A DNA stretch of 59,626 bases from Octopus bimaculoides (taxonomy: Eukaryota): positions 35,499,567-35,559,192 of the forward strand of contig NC_068990.1 in assembly GCF_001194135.2 (NCBI RefSeq), read 5' to 3'. The notes under the pieces were generated by a model. It had not been told where the DNA came from. It ran no database searches and saw nothing but the letters and a program-made list of their open reading frames with translations. How positions within the stretch are numbered: the stretch's first letter is position 1; each line of letters starts with the position of its first letter. Shown piece by piece: positions 1 through 12,530 of the stretch. Made by a program: the position numbers and the translations under genes.

Positions 1-81
1 AGAGAGAGAGGGGAGAGAAAAGCAAATAGACGGACGGACAAAGAAACAGACAGACTGACAGACAGACATACAGTTGGATAA

Positions 82-118
<37 letters not shown>

Positions 119-425
119 CAGACAGATAGGTTGATAGAGACAGATAGATAGATTCGTTCAGACGTACGTACATGCATGGTGACTTCAAAGTTTCGCTCCA
201 TGTCGCTTCCTAAAACACATATGCATGTGTGTATGTATATATGTATATATGTATTTATCTGTCTATGTATGTATGTATCTGGTTATGTATGTATGTATGT
301 ATCTATCTGTCTGCCTATCAATCTATCTAACTATCTGTCTGTCGCTCTCTTTCTGTCTCTTTATATATATACATGTCAATATATCTATCTATAAGTCTGT
401 CTAACTATCTCTGCATCTATCTATC
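1..425. repeat. compound (AG)/(GACA)/(GATA)/(TATG)/(TATC) microsatellite
   Basis: Directly visible. Confidence 0.9.
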
Positions 426-745
426 CACGTTTTAATCCGTGTGATACTATCTCAGCTGCCTAACTAATCCATGACTAGCCTTAATGCTCATATATCCACT
501 GGTATTTACTCGAACATCACAATTCCCTCTCCGAAACCAAAACGAAATACAGCACCAAATTTGACAAAAATGGGAAAAGCCTTCAATTAAAATTACTCTT
601 AATTCAGTTTGGGTTTCGCTCTACAACAACCATTCCAGAGCACTCCAGCACTATGGTCGCAAAACTAATCGGAACCCAGTGCCATTTGACTTCCTCCACT
701 AACCACCCTCCCATTGAAGCATACACGCTGTTCTAACCAGTTTCT

Positions 746-980
746 TATTTATTTATTGCCCACAAGGGGCTAAACATAGAAGGGACAAACAAGGACAGAC
801 AAATGGATTAGGTCGATCACATCAACCCCAGTGCATAAATGGTACTTAATTTATCGACCCCGAAAGGATGAAAGGCAAAGTTGACCTCGGTAGAATTTGA
901 ACTCAGAACATAACAGCAGAGGAAATACTGCTAAGCATTTCACCCGGCGTGCTAACGTTTCTGCTAGCTCACCGCCTTTA
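746..980 (-). mobile_element. tRNA-derived SINE, family A (octopus OK/OR-like), full length with TSD
   Basis: The minus strand reads GGCGGTGAGCTAGCAGAAACGTTAGCACGCCGGG (A-box-like) ... GAGTTCAAATTC (B-box) ... CCTTTCATCCTTTCGGGGTCGATAAATTAAGTACC ... CCCCTTGTGGGCAATAAATAAATAA tail. It is flanked by the 12-bp direct repeat TAACCAGTTTCT (734-745 and 981-992). Homologous copies lie at 16663, 26811, 32783 and 52051. The family name is from memory. Confidence 0.92.
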
Positions 981-1432
981 TAACCAGTTTCTGCAGCATA
1001 ACAATATTTCTTGCTTCACATTTCCTCTCATTCAGAAGACACGATAATTTTAGCAGCTTTTTCTTCGGAAACCCTTTATCAAACCAAGCCGAAAATATAA
1101 CAAGTATATCCTTACATCAATAACGCTGCAGCTCCCACTGGTGTATATACTGTTAGCAAATAATTAATAACTTACGTATATGTGTGTATGTATGTATGTG
1201 TGTGTATTCGTGCCAGTGCGTGCACTCTCCCATGTCTATGCTTATCTTTAGAAAAGTGTAAATTCAGGCTGATTTCGTTGCTATTTCTTGGAAGTGGTAG
1301 CGAACATGTAGTCAGAAGCTAACCAGAAGTAGGCTTCTATACGGCTCATAAACAGATATATAAACTACTTGTGTCATGTATGGTTACATATCATTAGTGG
1401 TATCAAGTACATCATACACTTCTAATGACTAT

Positions 1433-1439
1433 ATATATA

Positions 1440-1510
<71 letters not shown>

Positions 1511-1521
1511 GTGTGTGTGTG
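1433..1521. repeat. (AT)n/(GT)n microsatellite
   Basis: Directly visible. Confidence 0.97.
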
Positions 1522-1772
1522 TATCGCAAAATATATTTTACAACATTTCACTTTCTGAGTGTTCAATAAGTCTTGTTCAATATTGGAAGGTATGACTCTG
1601 TTTTTTAATTATTCGATTTACACCCAATTATTCATTCTCGACGTTCTGCTTAACTATGAAATATATTATCTGAAATAGTAGACTTTCTCATCTAGTTCAA
1701 TTTCCATGAGAGATTGCATTTTCACACTGAAACGCCTAAAATCTCACGCGATATACATATACACACACACAG

Positions 1773-1815
<43 letters not shown>

Positions 1816-1847
1816 GAGAGAGAGAGATATAGATATATATATACACG

Positions 1848-1878
<31 letters not shown>

Positions 1879-1883
1879 ACATA

Positions 1884-2285
1884 GGAGCTTCTGTGTGTTA
1901 GGTAACTGGCTTACCAAACACATGGTTCCGGGTTCAGTCCCACTGCGTGGCAACTTCAGCAAGTATCTTCTACTATAGCCTCGGGCCGACCAAACCCTTG
2001 GGAATGGATTTGGTAGACGGAAACTGAAAGAATCCCGTCGTATATATGTATATGTATATATATGTGTGTGTGTGTTTGTGTGTCTGTGTTTGTCCCCCAA
2101 ACCTCGATTGACAACCGATGGGGGGGGTTACGTTCTCGTAACTTAGCGGTTCGACAAAAGAAACCGGTAGAATAAGTACCAGGCTTACAAATAATAAGTC
2201 CTGGGGTCCATTTGGTCGACTAAAGGCGGTGCTCCAGCATGGCCACAGTCAAATGACTGAAACAAGTTAAACAGTAAACAGAAAA
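1884..2285 (+). mobile_element. tRNA-derived SINE, family B, with internal (TA)n/(TG)n microsatellite
   Basis: B-box-like GGTTCAGTCCC, body CTACTATAGCCTCGGGCCGACCAAA...GGATTTGGTAGACGGAAACTGAAAGAA, internal microsatellite (about 2040-2090), and 3' part TTGACAACCGATG...ACTTAGCGGTTCG...GGCGGTGCTCCAGCATGGCC. An inverted homologue lies at 51496-51776. Confidence 0.88.
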
Positions 2286-3699
2286 CATATATATATACAC
2301 ACATATATATATATATATATATATTTATACATATATGTATATACATACATATAAACATACATATATATACACGTATGTAATATGTTATAATTGATAGTAT
2401 ATATGTATATACATGTGTATGCGTGTATATATGTGTGTATTTATACGTATAAATACATGCTAATNNNNNNNNNNNNNNNNNNNNNNNNNNNNNNNNNNNN
2501 NNNNNNNNNNNNNNNNNNNNNNNNNNNNNNNNATATATATATATATATATTTATACATATATGTATATACATACATATAAATGTTTATATATAAATAATC
2601 CATGATTAGATCCACATATTCTCAGTATAGAAGACACTTCGTAGTGTTCAAAAGATTCAAACTTAGACTCTAATCTCTTTACGGTGGATCGATCCGGCAA
2701 GATAATGAATGATTGTGAGAGGAATCATGTTGAAAGGATATAGAGGTAATCATGAGGAGAAACAAATTAGATACACTGAATATATTACATATATTAAGTA
2801 TAATACTTTGGTTATTAAATTCAAAATATGTGTACATGTATACATGCAATTCTAGAGAAAGCGAAAGTTGCAAACTTTCAGATGAATTTACATCTATAAA
2901 TATAAAGAAAATACTAGAATGTCCAACTTACAAACGACTGAGAAAAGTAAAGGGTGGTAAGGAAGGTGTTATAAGTCTAAAAACTATTCCTGTTGGGTCG
3001 GAAGAAATATTGTTAGATGTGGTTCATCGCAATATGTACCAATCAGGGTAGAGAATGCTTTACATTTCCGATCTTAATGCAGAGTTGTTCATCTGCATGC
3101 AATATAAAACCAAATCAAAAAGTTCAGTTACCACTAATACGACCTTTATTGCTAGAAATAAGTGTTATATGCCCTTAGATTCGAAAGAAAGCATAATTTC
3201 ATACAATAGCAGAAGAGAAATCGCAATTATCTCCCTTGTCACAATGAAAATTTGCTTTCGTGTGGCTCTGCCTTATTTCAAGCAATATACGCACCCTCAG
3301 TCATAATATTTATACATATTTATGTATGGATGGATNNNNNNNNNNNNNNNNNNNNNNNNNNNNNNNNNNNNNNNNNNNNNNNNNNNNNNNNNNNNNNNNN
3401 NNNNNNNNNNNNNNNNNNNNNNNNNNNNNNNNNNNNNNNNNNNNNNNNNNNNNNNNNNNNNNNATATATATATATATATATATACATACATACATACATA
3501 CATGCATACATATATACATATTTGGGGCTATGTGTATGTGCGTGTGTGCCTATGCATCGTTGTATGATATTTTCCCCGCCATGGCAAGCTGTAAAAATGG
3601 GCAGCGACTTATAATTTGAATTCTGAGTGTTAGCATAACTGCTCGCAACAACTTTACGTGCAAGAGAAGGTATAAAAATCTTATTAGATACATATATTC

Positions 3700-3800
3700 A
3701 CAATTCGGTGATTAGCATGTTCGAGGTCGGATCCCATGTGCGAACACTTGGGCAAGAGTTTTATTGAGTTGATCAGCCACTTATGAGTGGAATTTATTTG
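3700..3800 (+). mobile_element. degenerate SINE fragment
   Basis: GAGGTCGGATCCCATGTGCGAACACTTGGGCAAG loosely resembles the B-box and downstream segment of family B (GGTTCAGTCCCACTGCGTGGCAACTTCAGCAAG at 1931-1963). Short and diverged. Confidence 0.35.
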
Positions 3801-4743
3801 CCGAAAAACTGTGTAGCAGCACAACTTATATTTCTATGCTTCTATATATGTTTACCTCACATATGTATTGACCATGCATATATATCTATATATATATATA
3901 CACACACACATTTATTCATACTTACCTGCATATATATATTTATATAAAGATAGATAGGTTAGACAGACATAGATACATAGCTAGATAGATAGATAGATAG
4001 ATAGATAGCTGGATAAGCTGTATAAGTGTATATGGTCAAGTAAATAGCATATTCCTTTTCTTTCTGTTTACACACACGTATGCTTACACACGAACATATA
4101 CACACTATCACATACACACACACTCACAAACATGCACACACAGACATATACATATATAGACTTATTTGGTGTGAGTATGTGTTTGTACATACATAGACCT
4201 TTGTACATTTTTGTAACACTTTCTATATTGTGACCCATGGGATATAGGAAGTACTGTCTTGAAGAATCATTTGACAGATTGATGGTGTTCTATTTATGCA
4301 CGGGCAACATAAGGCTGAATCTCAGTGGATCATGTTAGATTAAATTCTACAGAATAGATATTCGGACGTCCTTTAGTTATACAACGCAGCAACTCCATCA
4401 CTGACGAACGAAGGGCAGTTACTTTATTATTCTACATAAATGCTCATATTTCTTTTTTTTTTTCTCTCTCGCTACCTTATTTTCTCTCTCGCTTTCTTAT
4501 TTTCCCTCTAACTCTATCTCCGTATCTCCTTCTCTCCTTTCATATTTATATTGGCATTTATCTGGAATCATTCATCTTTTCCTTCATTCCTCCTCCGCCT
4601 CTTCCTTTGCTTTAGCGTGTACATGTGTATATGTATGCATTTATGGAAGAATGCATGCCTGCCTCTATAGATACGAACGTATACAAACACACGATCGTAC
4701 ATATTATGCATGCATGTATATGTATGGTTGCATATATAGATAT

Positions 4744-4807
<64 letters not shown>

Positions 4808-5444
4808 ATGTATATATATNNNNNNNNNNNNNNNNNNNNNNNNNNNNNNNNNNNNNNNNNNNNNNNNNNNNNNNNNNNNNNNNNNNNNNNNNNNNNNNNN
4901 NNNNNNNNNNNNNNNNNNNNNNNNNNNNNNNNNNNNNNNNNNNNNNNNNNNNNNNNNNNNNNNNNNNNNNNNNNNNNNNNNNNNNNNNNNNNNNNNNNNN
5001 NNNNNNNNNNNNNNNNNNNNNNNNNNNNNNNNNNNNNNNNNNNNNNNNNNNNNNNNNNNNNNNNNNNNNNNNNNNNNNNNNNNNNNNNNNNNNNNNNNNN
5101 NNNNNNNNNNNNNNNNNNNNNNNNNNNNNNNNNNNNNNNNNNNNNNNNNNNNNNNNNNNNNNNNNNNNNNNNNCCTGCCTCTATAGATACGAACGTATAC
5201 AAACACACGATCGTACATATTATGCATGCATGTATATGTATGGTTGCATATATAGATATGTATATATATATATATATATATACGCGGTTATCTATAACAA
5301 ATGGATAGATACATACATAAATACATACATAAATACATACATACATACATATATACATACATACATACACACATATAAATGAAGTGTGGTAAATCTAGAG
5401 GTGTTGCAATGTGTCAAATAAACGATTTGTTTACCGTATGTGTT

Positions 5445-5487
<43 letters not shown>

Positions 5488-5873
5488 ACATATATATGTG
5501 AGGGTGATGTATGTGTGTCTGCGAGCTCGTGCTTGTATACACACACATATATATATGCTTTCACATACACATATATGTATGCCAGTACGTATGTATACTG
5601 GCTTGTGCATATATATGTATATATGCTTGTATGTCTGTATACCTTTTATTAATCCCCTTTTACACGTTTTATCTTGTAATTCAATGCATGCCGTTTTGTA
5701 TTTCGCAATGGGCATTTTTCATATTAGAAATCTTATTGTATTTTCTCAAGAATTCCTTCCATCACTCTCTGACACATATCCTATCCCTCTTCCACATATC
5801 TTTTGTGGATACATACGTTCAAGCATACAGACCTTCGTGTTCTCCCTGTTTCACCCTCACTGTTTCCATATAT

Positions 5874-5916
<43 letters not shown>

Positions 5917-6887
5917 TGCATGTATGTATATATATATATATGATATGCACTTTATTTACATTAGAGCCTATGTGTGTTTATAAGATAAGCGAGGAGTTTC
6001 TGCTGAAACGATGGGTATTTTGTAACCAGCAAATGGCTACGATCAGAAAGATCAATTATAGACGCCATTCTGGTTGCAACGCAGAAAACGCATTCATGGA
6101 ATTCATTCACTGGCAATGGGAGAAAAGCCAAAGCAAATTAAATCCGTTGAAAAATTGCTGCGATGATACACAGAATGGTACATACTTTACATTCATTTTA
6201 CACACACCATACACACATACACACACACGTATATATTTATATATGCCTATAGGCATGTAAGTATATGTGTATATATGTAAATATGTATGTGTGTATGTGT
6301 GCGTATATATATACATACACACACATTTATAAATACATGTATATATATATACGTATATATTTATATAGTATATATGTATGTTATATATATATATACATTT
6401 ATACATATGTGTGTGCAAGTCTGTATGTAGAAATGCTTCATATCATATGCACCTATGCATACCTACATACTAGTATACTAAGAGTGTGTTAGCTAATAGA
6501 AGAGAAAGACCGAAATAAAATATAATATCATTTCATTGGAGCCGTAGTTTTCTGTATGTGTTCTGGAATGATCGAACGAAAAACTCCTGATATAGAAAGG
6601 TCCAAGCTACGGTGTTGACCGAACTCATCCATCAAACATTTAATTTCCGCTTGTCAGCACTAACAACCAATGTGTTAAAAGTAAGATAATTCAAGATGCT
6701 TTCACTATATCTCCCTTTCTAGTCGATTCTCTGGAAAACACCCATATCCGTCTGTTTTTAATCGATTCTCAAGAAACAACCGTATTCTCCTCTTTCATTC
6801 TTTCTCTCTTTCTATCACTATATTTCTTTTTCTTTACTTGTTAGTCTTTAAATTCAATGCAATTTTCCTTTCCTTTTTTTCATTCAC

Positions 6888-6892
<5 letters not shown>

Positions 6893-6959
<67 letters not shown>

Positions 6960-6961
6960 TC
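6893..6961. repeat. (CTTT)n tetranucleotide microsatellite
   Basis: Directly visible. Confidence 0.97.
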
Positions 6962-7069
6962 CTCCCTTCCTTCTGTCTTTCTTTTTCTAGTTTCATGTTT
7001 AACACTATACTCTTATGAGTTTTGTAGGTGGAAGTTTTATACCAACACTCTTATTTTGCAAGTTTCTAT

Positions 7070-7118
7070 ACTGCTGCTACTGTTGCTGCTGCTGCTTCTG
7101 CTATTGCTGCTGCTGCTG

Positions 7119-7175
<57 letters not shown>

Positions 7176-7190
7176 ACAACAACAACAATA
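7070..7190. repeat. compound (GCT)n-(ACT)n-(AAC)n trinucleotide microsatellite
   Basis: Directly visible; source of the poly-A/T/N ORF at 7028. Confidence 0.97.
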
Positions 7191-7294
7191 CCAAAACTAA
7201 CGTTACCACAATTCTGGTATCATTAGCACTCAGCATGAAATATATAAATATTTTCCTGAAATTTGGGAGAGATTTATTCATTTCAATACAATAA

Positions 7295-9373
7295 CAGTCC
7301 ATTCCTGCAAACGAAAATTTAAAACTACATTTTAATGTTAATTTTAGTTGTTGGGACACTCTTTGTAAAAGTTTTCTACAAGAACAAAAAATGACTGGGT
7401 ATATTTGCGACTTGATACTTCGAATAATTCCATGAAACCCTGTTTTTCTTTTAAATCTGTTAAAAGTATTCCAATTCCATCGTAGATAAGTCATCAGTAT
7501 CTATATATTTTTGTGAATGATGCAAGTTTACAAATGCGATCTGTCTAAGAGAAGGTATCGAATAAATTATTTGTGTTTCAATGCTTACAACATTTTCTGT
7601 AGAAGTTAGAAATGGGTGTTTAAAATGTTAGAAGTATTTCGGTAACTGGATAGCATCTACAGAATCTGATACTAAGTTTTATACTTGGGCAGTAATTAAA
7701 GTTTTCAGTGTAGTTCGGGAAAGAATTTAAACACGAAAAAAACTACACCCCATTAAGACCAAGGTAGAAGAATTACTTATTGAAGAACTTTAAAATATTA
7801 GATCACTAAAAATCCCAATTAATGGGAATATCATCAAACAAAATACTCTGGAAATTGAGAAAGAAAACGATGAAAAGGAGTCTAAGGCCAATAATGGGTG
7901 GTTAAATTATTTTTGAAAAAGAAATACTGTTAAATTTAAAATTCAAACTAGTATTAAAGTTGACGTGTCTGAAAATGAATTAAATGTATTCCGTGATACA
8001 TTCAAAGACAAACTTCTTGAATATAATGCAGAAAATATATTTAATAGAGATGAAACTGCATTATTCTACATTAAATTGCCGACTAAAAGTTATATTTTTC
8101 CTAACGATGATAATACAAAGTTAAAGGAATCAAAAGTGAGAATTACGATATTATTGACATGTATACAACTGGTGAGAAGTTAAAACCCCTTTTTATTGGA
8201 AATAATCTTAAACCTCGTCGTTTGAAGAATATTGACATTTTGGAACAGGAATTTCATTATAAAAACAAGAATACAGCATGGATGACGGAACACATAATTT
8301 TATTTTCCTGAAACAAATAAATTATGAATTTTTTAAGCAACAGAGAAAAGTATTATTGCTCCTTGATAATGCACCATGCTACAAACAGCAAAGCTTTTTA
8401 AATATACAACTTTTCTTCTACCCACGATCACAACGGCAAATTTAAAATTTTAGACCCCAAGGAATAATTTGGTCATTCAAGTGCAACTACAGTACAATTT
8501 TCATTAAAAATTTGGTTAATAAATAAAGATGAGCAAGTGTCAATTCAAAAGCAACATCATTATTGGATGGTAATTTTTGGTCTATCCAGGCATGGGATTC
8601 GGTTATAAAAGAGACAATTATAAATAGCTCGAAAAATTCGGGTCTACAAATACAGAATTTAAGATTCGTTTGCAAAGACGATAGTTGGATTGGGTTTAGA
8701 AAATTGGGAATACGAGCTGCATATGTACTTAAGGAATCCAAAGAATTAAAATATGATACTGTTACATTTAGTGAACTAAAAAATTATGAAGCTAGAGATG
8801 TTGCAATAATTCAGATGAAGCAAACAATTTTACAAGTCAAATGATAAATTCCAAATCTCCAAATAATGATATGGAAGAGGAGTCAACGGATGAAGAACAG
8901 GTTTATAGAGTTAATAGCTTATTTTAAAAAGTACTTTGAATTAATCAATGAACTTAAAATTCTCAGTTCAAAGGTTTGCCCTGTGAGTTTAAAGCATATA
9001 TTTTCAGCAGAAAAGGATACTAACAGACTACTTAACAATAGAAAGATACAAAAAAAGATTTTGGAATTTATGACACCTGCAAAGAAGAATAGAGCATCCT
9101 AGATAAGAACACAAATCTTTTCATTTTCATTTTCATTTTAATCTTTAATTTTCACATTGTTTTCTTTTTTGTATTTTGATAATGTCAGAATAACCAGCTT
9201 TTCTTTACAAATGTTACTAAACATAATTCCTAATTTTGAAAACAACATAAATTCCTAACTGTTTTCTCAAAAAGTTAGTTCATTATTTACAGATATTTAT
9301 ACTAAATATTAAATCAATAACACAGTTTAAAAAATTCCGTGAAACAAAAGTTCGTTATTGACAGGTTAGACTG
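7295..9373 (+). mobile_element. decayed pogo/Tigger-family DNA transposon
   Basis: Right end ...GTTCGTTATTGACAGGTTAGACTG followed by TA (9374-9375). A degenerate left-end candidate CAGTCCATTCCTGCAAACGAA lies at 7295-7315. Transposase fragments lie between them (see pseudogene entry). Confidence 0.85.
7810..8650 (+). pseudogene. pogo/Tigger (CENP-B HTH + DDE_1) transposase remnant with stops and frameshifts
   Basis: Translated pieces in the expected order: KIPINGNIIKQNTLEI...KANNGWLNYF*KR (CENP-B HTH); IFNRDETALFY (1st D, about 8043); KESKVRITILLTC; GEKLKPLFIG...KPR; NTAWMT; RKVLLLLDNAPC (2nd D, about 8365); LD/QGII (3rd D, frameshifted, about 8451-8470); SIQAWDSVIKETIINS. Confidence 0.9.
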
Positions 9374-9795
9374 TATTACTCATCTAGTATGGCTATATTT
9401 TAAGAGTTCCTGACTCAACTAAGAGAGATATTTCCATTAAGGGAAGAAGATTTTGCTTCATGCTATATACAAACTTTTCAAAATGTTTCAAAATTGATGT
9501 CATTTTCGCTCTTGGACTACTAACAAAGACAGAATCCAGATACAACTATTTTCTTCAGCAATCATATACAATGTTGTACTTTAGTCTAACGGTTATTTTA
9601 TCACTACATCGACAAATAATTTGCAAAGAATGATTCCCTAATGCATCATAATAAGCCGAGACTTGTTCACAGTTTGCATTTAAGCATTCCAAAATATTTA
9701 CAATATTTTTTTTTCTTTGCACGTCACATTATTACATCCAATCACTTTATTACATGTTAATATTGCTTTACCCATTTATTTTTAAGCATAACAGT

Positions 9796-10051
9796 GGAGG
9801 GGCAATGACCCAGTGGTTAGGACAGCTGACTCGCGGTCATAGGATCGCGGTTTCGATTCCCTGACTGGGCGTTGTGAGTTTATTGAGCGAAAACACCTAA
9901 AGCACCACGAGGCTCCGGCAGGGGATGGTGGCGAACCCTGCTGCACTCTATCACCACAACTTTCTCTCACTCTTACTTCCTGTTTCTGTTGTGCCTGTAA
10001 TTCAAAGGGTCAGCCTTGTCACACTGTGTGACGCTGAATATCCCCGAAAAC
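9796..10051 (+). mobile_element. tRNA(Arg)-like SINE, family C, 3'-truncated
   Basis: The head GGAGGGGCAATGACCCAGTGGTTAGGACAGCTGACTCGCGGTCATAGGATCGCGGTTTCGATTCCC has an A-box (TGACCCAGTGG), a TCG anticodon-like loop and a B-box (GGTTTCGATTCC). It runs into a non-tRNA body without forming an acceptor stem. Confidence 0.85.
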
Positions 10052-12024
10052 CTTCAGTGAGTCGTTAATATTAGCAGCACGGATTCGTAAAGTATGTTTC
10101 TCATCTAAATATGGCGGACCCATAGGGAAAGATGCTTCTGTTGTTTATGGTCCCAGAAAGACATCCCCTCCAGTTGGCTAACGAGACATTATCTTTGTCT
10201 GATTAGTATTTGCCAAGGTTCATCGTTCCCATCGCTAGCCTTACTTGATACACACACAGATGGGTTTCTGCGTTAACCCGTTATCGGCAAATATACTTCA
10301 CGATTCCGTGCTGCTACTGTTTACTCCTCGCTCGGAGATTTATTATTGCTTGTTTCTCCTTTTATGGGATCAGCGACAGTTCGTCCCTGACAAAAGCTTA
10401 TAGTAAAAGCGTTTGGAATGAGTTATAATCCCTAACCGGTCACTATCACACACTGATGAGAGGTCTGTATGTGTCACGTAAGTCTAGAGATGAAAACGAT
10501 GATACTAATCAGACACTGACAGTGTGTCATTAGACATCTAGAGAAGATATATTCCTGGGGCTACAAAAGACAGTAGCATCGTCTCCTATTAGTCCGCCAC
10601 ATTTAGGTACTAAATATACTTCACGAAATATATATATATATTTATATATATATATATATATACTCAAAGAGTAAGAGAGGGAGAGAGAGATTCATACCTG
10701 CATCTATACGTACATACACATACATATTTAAAACTGTTTTGAACCCATTAGGCAATGCCGTTTAAGGTTATGATTAGCTCTGTTAATGCAACATTATAAT
10801 CAAAAGGTTTCCTTCACGTCATGCACATTCAGTCGTTTATTCTTTGATAGGCTATTGTGAGATTACTTTATCTGACATGTATGCAGACATTGCAGTGTGG
10901 CTCTAGAGAGACTTATTTGCTACTTTACGAATTAGATGAAGCGGTTTATTTCCTCCTTGTTAGTTCCTATCAATATTTTTTTAAAACCGTACTACGTATA
11001 TTCATGAATAAATCTCGAAATAAGTAATATGTTGATGCATGACACTTGTAATAATAGAGAAAACTCTTTCATCCCATTATAATTCTACGATGATATATGT
11101 TAGAGCTTTGTTTGATATCTTGTTGCCTTGCTTTTGATATATTCTGTATTGGAGAATATCTTCTACAGTAGTCACTGGAGTTAAAGATGAAGATACAGCC
11201 AGTGGAATATTATATTACAAATGTTACACCCATAACATTGCCAATATACAATACACATAATTACCGTATTTGTGAAAGTACTGCAAAACTGATATTGATA
11301 GAATGAAGTGTCCGTCTTAAATATATAGTGCAGCCATAATAATTGTATTAGGCGATATATTTGGAGCACTAATGAAAAAAAAGACAGGAATTAAAAAAAA
11401 AAACCTGCGTGCAGAATCTCTTTTTGTTCTATGGTAGTAATTATTCTAAATAAGAGGCTATCCGTCTCCCATGTTTTACACTGGTTTCATATTAGTAGTT
11501 GCTATTTGTAATGTCTGCCGTCGTTACGTGCTCTTGTCTCGTTACTGCTCTTTTTTTTTTTTTTACATTTCCAAGAAAATGTTCGCATCAGTACCAATTC
11601 ATCAAAGTTGGAAAATGGTTATTTTCATTAACATAAAACCCGGGATGAATTACAAATTCTTTGCTGGTGATGAATAATTGTTAAGAACATTATGACTAGA
11701 AAGAAAATGCCGAATAAGAAATCTTGCAAAGAAGATAAGTAAAAATTCAAGAAACTCGCTTGTGAAAATACGATTTATGGTTATTGTTTGGAAGTAGAAT
11801 ACAGTAGCCATAGTCTTGGCACTGCAGATAGAAAAAAAGATGAGGAACACAAGATAAATTACGATATTCGTTTCAACATTTGGTACTTGTAGTATCTATA
11901 ACGGCTGGGAGTAATATATTTAATTAACTAGAATGATGATAATGTAAGTTTGTGGAAATCTAATTGTATTTCTTCAATGGTACTCCCAAGGATACACAAG
12001 GGTACATACACACTTTTGAATGTG

Positions 12025-12090
<66 letters not shown>

Positions 12091-12098
12091 TACACACG

Positions 12099-12148
<50 letters not shown>

Positions 12149-12437
12149 CTTATATATACATATATATATACACATACATGCACATATATGTGTATTTTGT
12201 CCATGTTCTTTTGCAACGTCATGTACCCAGATATGTATCTATATGTACACGTAGATGAAGGTATGCATATACTCATTTATATTCTTGGGAATATATTCTT
12301 GGGAAAGCAAGGCAACTAAGCTGTTTGTAACGTTGTTAAGGTAGCATTACATGTGTTATTAACCTTAAAATGTACTGGATATTTTCAACAAAGTACAATC
12401 ATGTATACACATACACGGACTCTATGTGTGTATGTAC

Positions 12438-12530
<93 letters not shown>
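12025..12530. repeat. two (AT)n-rich microsatellite blocks (about 12025-12180 and 12440-12527)
   Basis: Directly visible. Confidence 0.95.

Noticed and set aside
660-740. Minus-strand peptide WLEQRVCFNGRVVSGGSQMALG echoing a CR1 RT motif
   Set aside because: The match is too short and the following YADD-type motif is absent.
3918-3928. ATACTTACCTG matching the U1 snRNA 5' end
   Set aside because: Only 11 nt match, embedded in microsatellite, with no further U1 sequence.
4658-5283. About 110-bp direct repeat (4658-4770 and 5174-5283) on both sides of an N-gap; a similar case occurs at about 2300-2355 and 2533-2581
   Set aside because: Identical copies flanking a gap and ending in (AT)n are typical of unmerged contig ends or alleles, so this is most likely an assembly artefact.
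9796-9875. tRNA-Arg-like sequence
   Set aside because: It has no acceptor stem and continues into a SINE body, so it is a SINE head rather than a tRNA gene.
10447-10527. CTGATGA with a nearby inverted repeat (ACACACTG/CAGTGTGT) as a possible hammerhead
   Set aside because: No stem II, stem III or UH triplet in the required positions.
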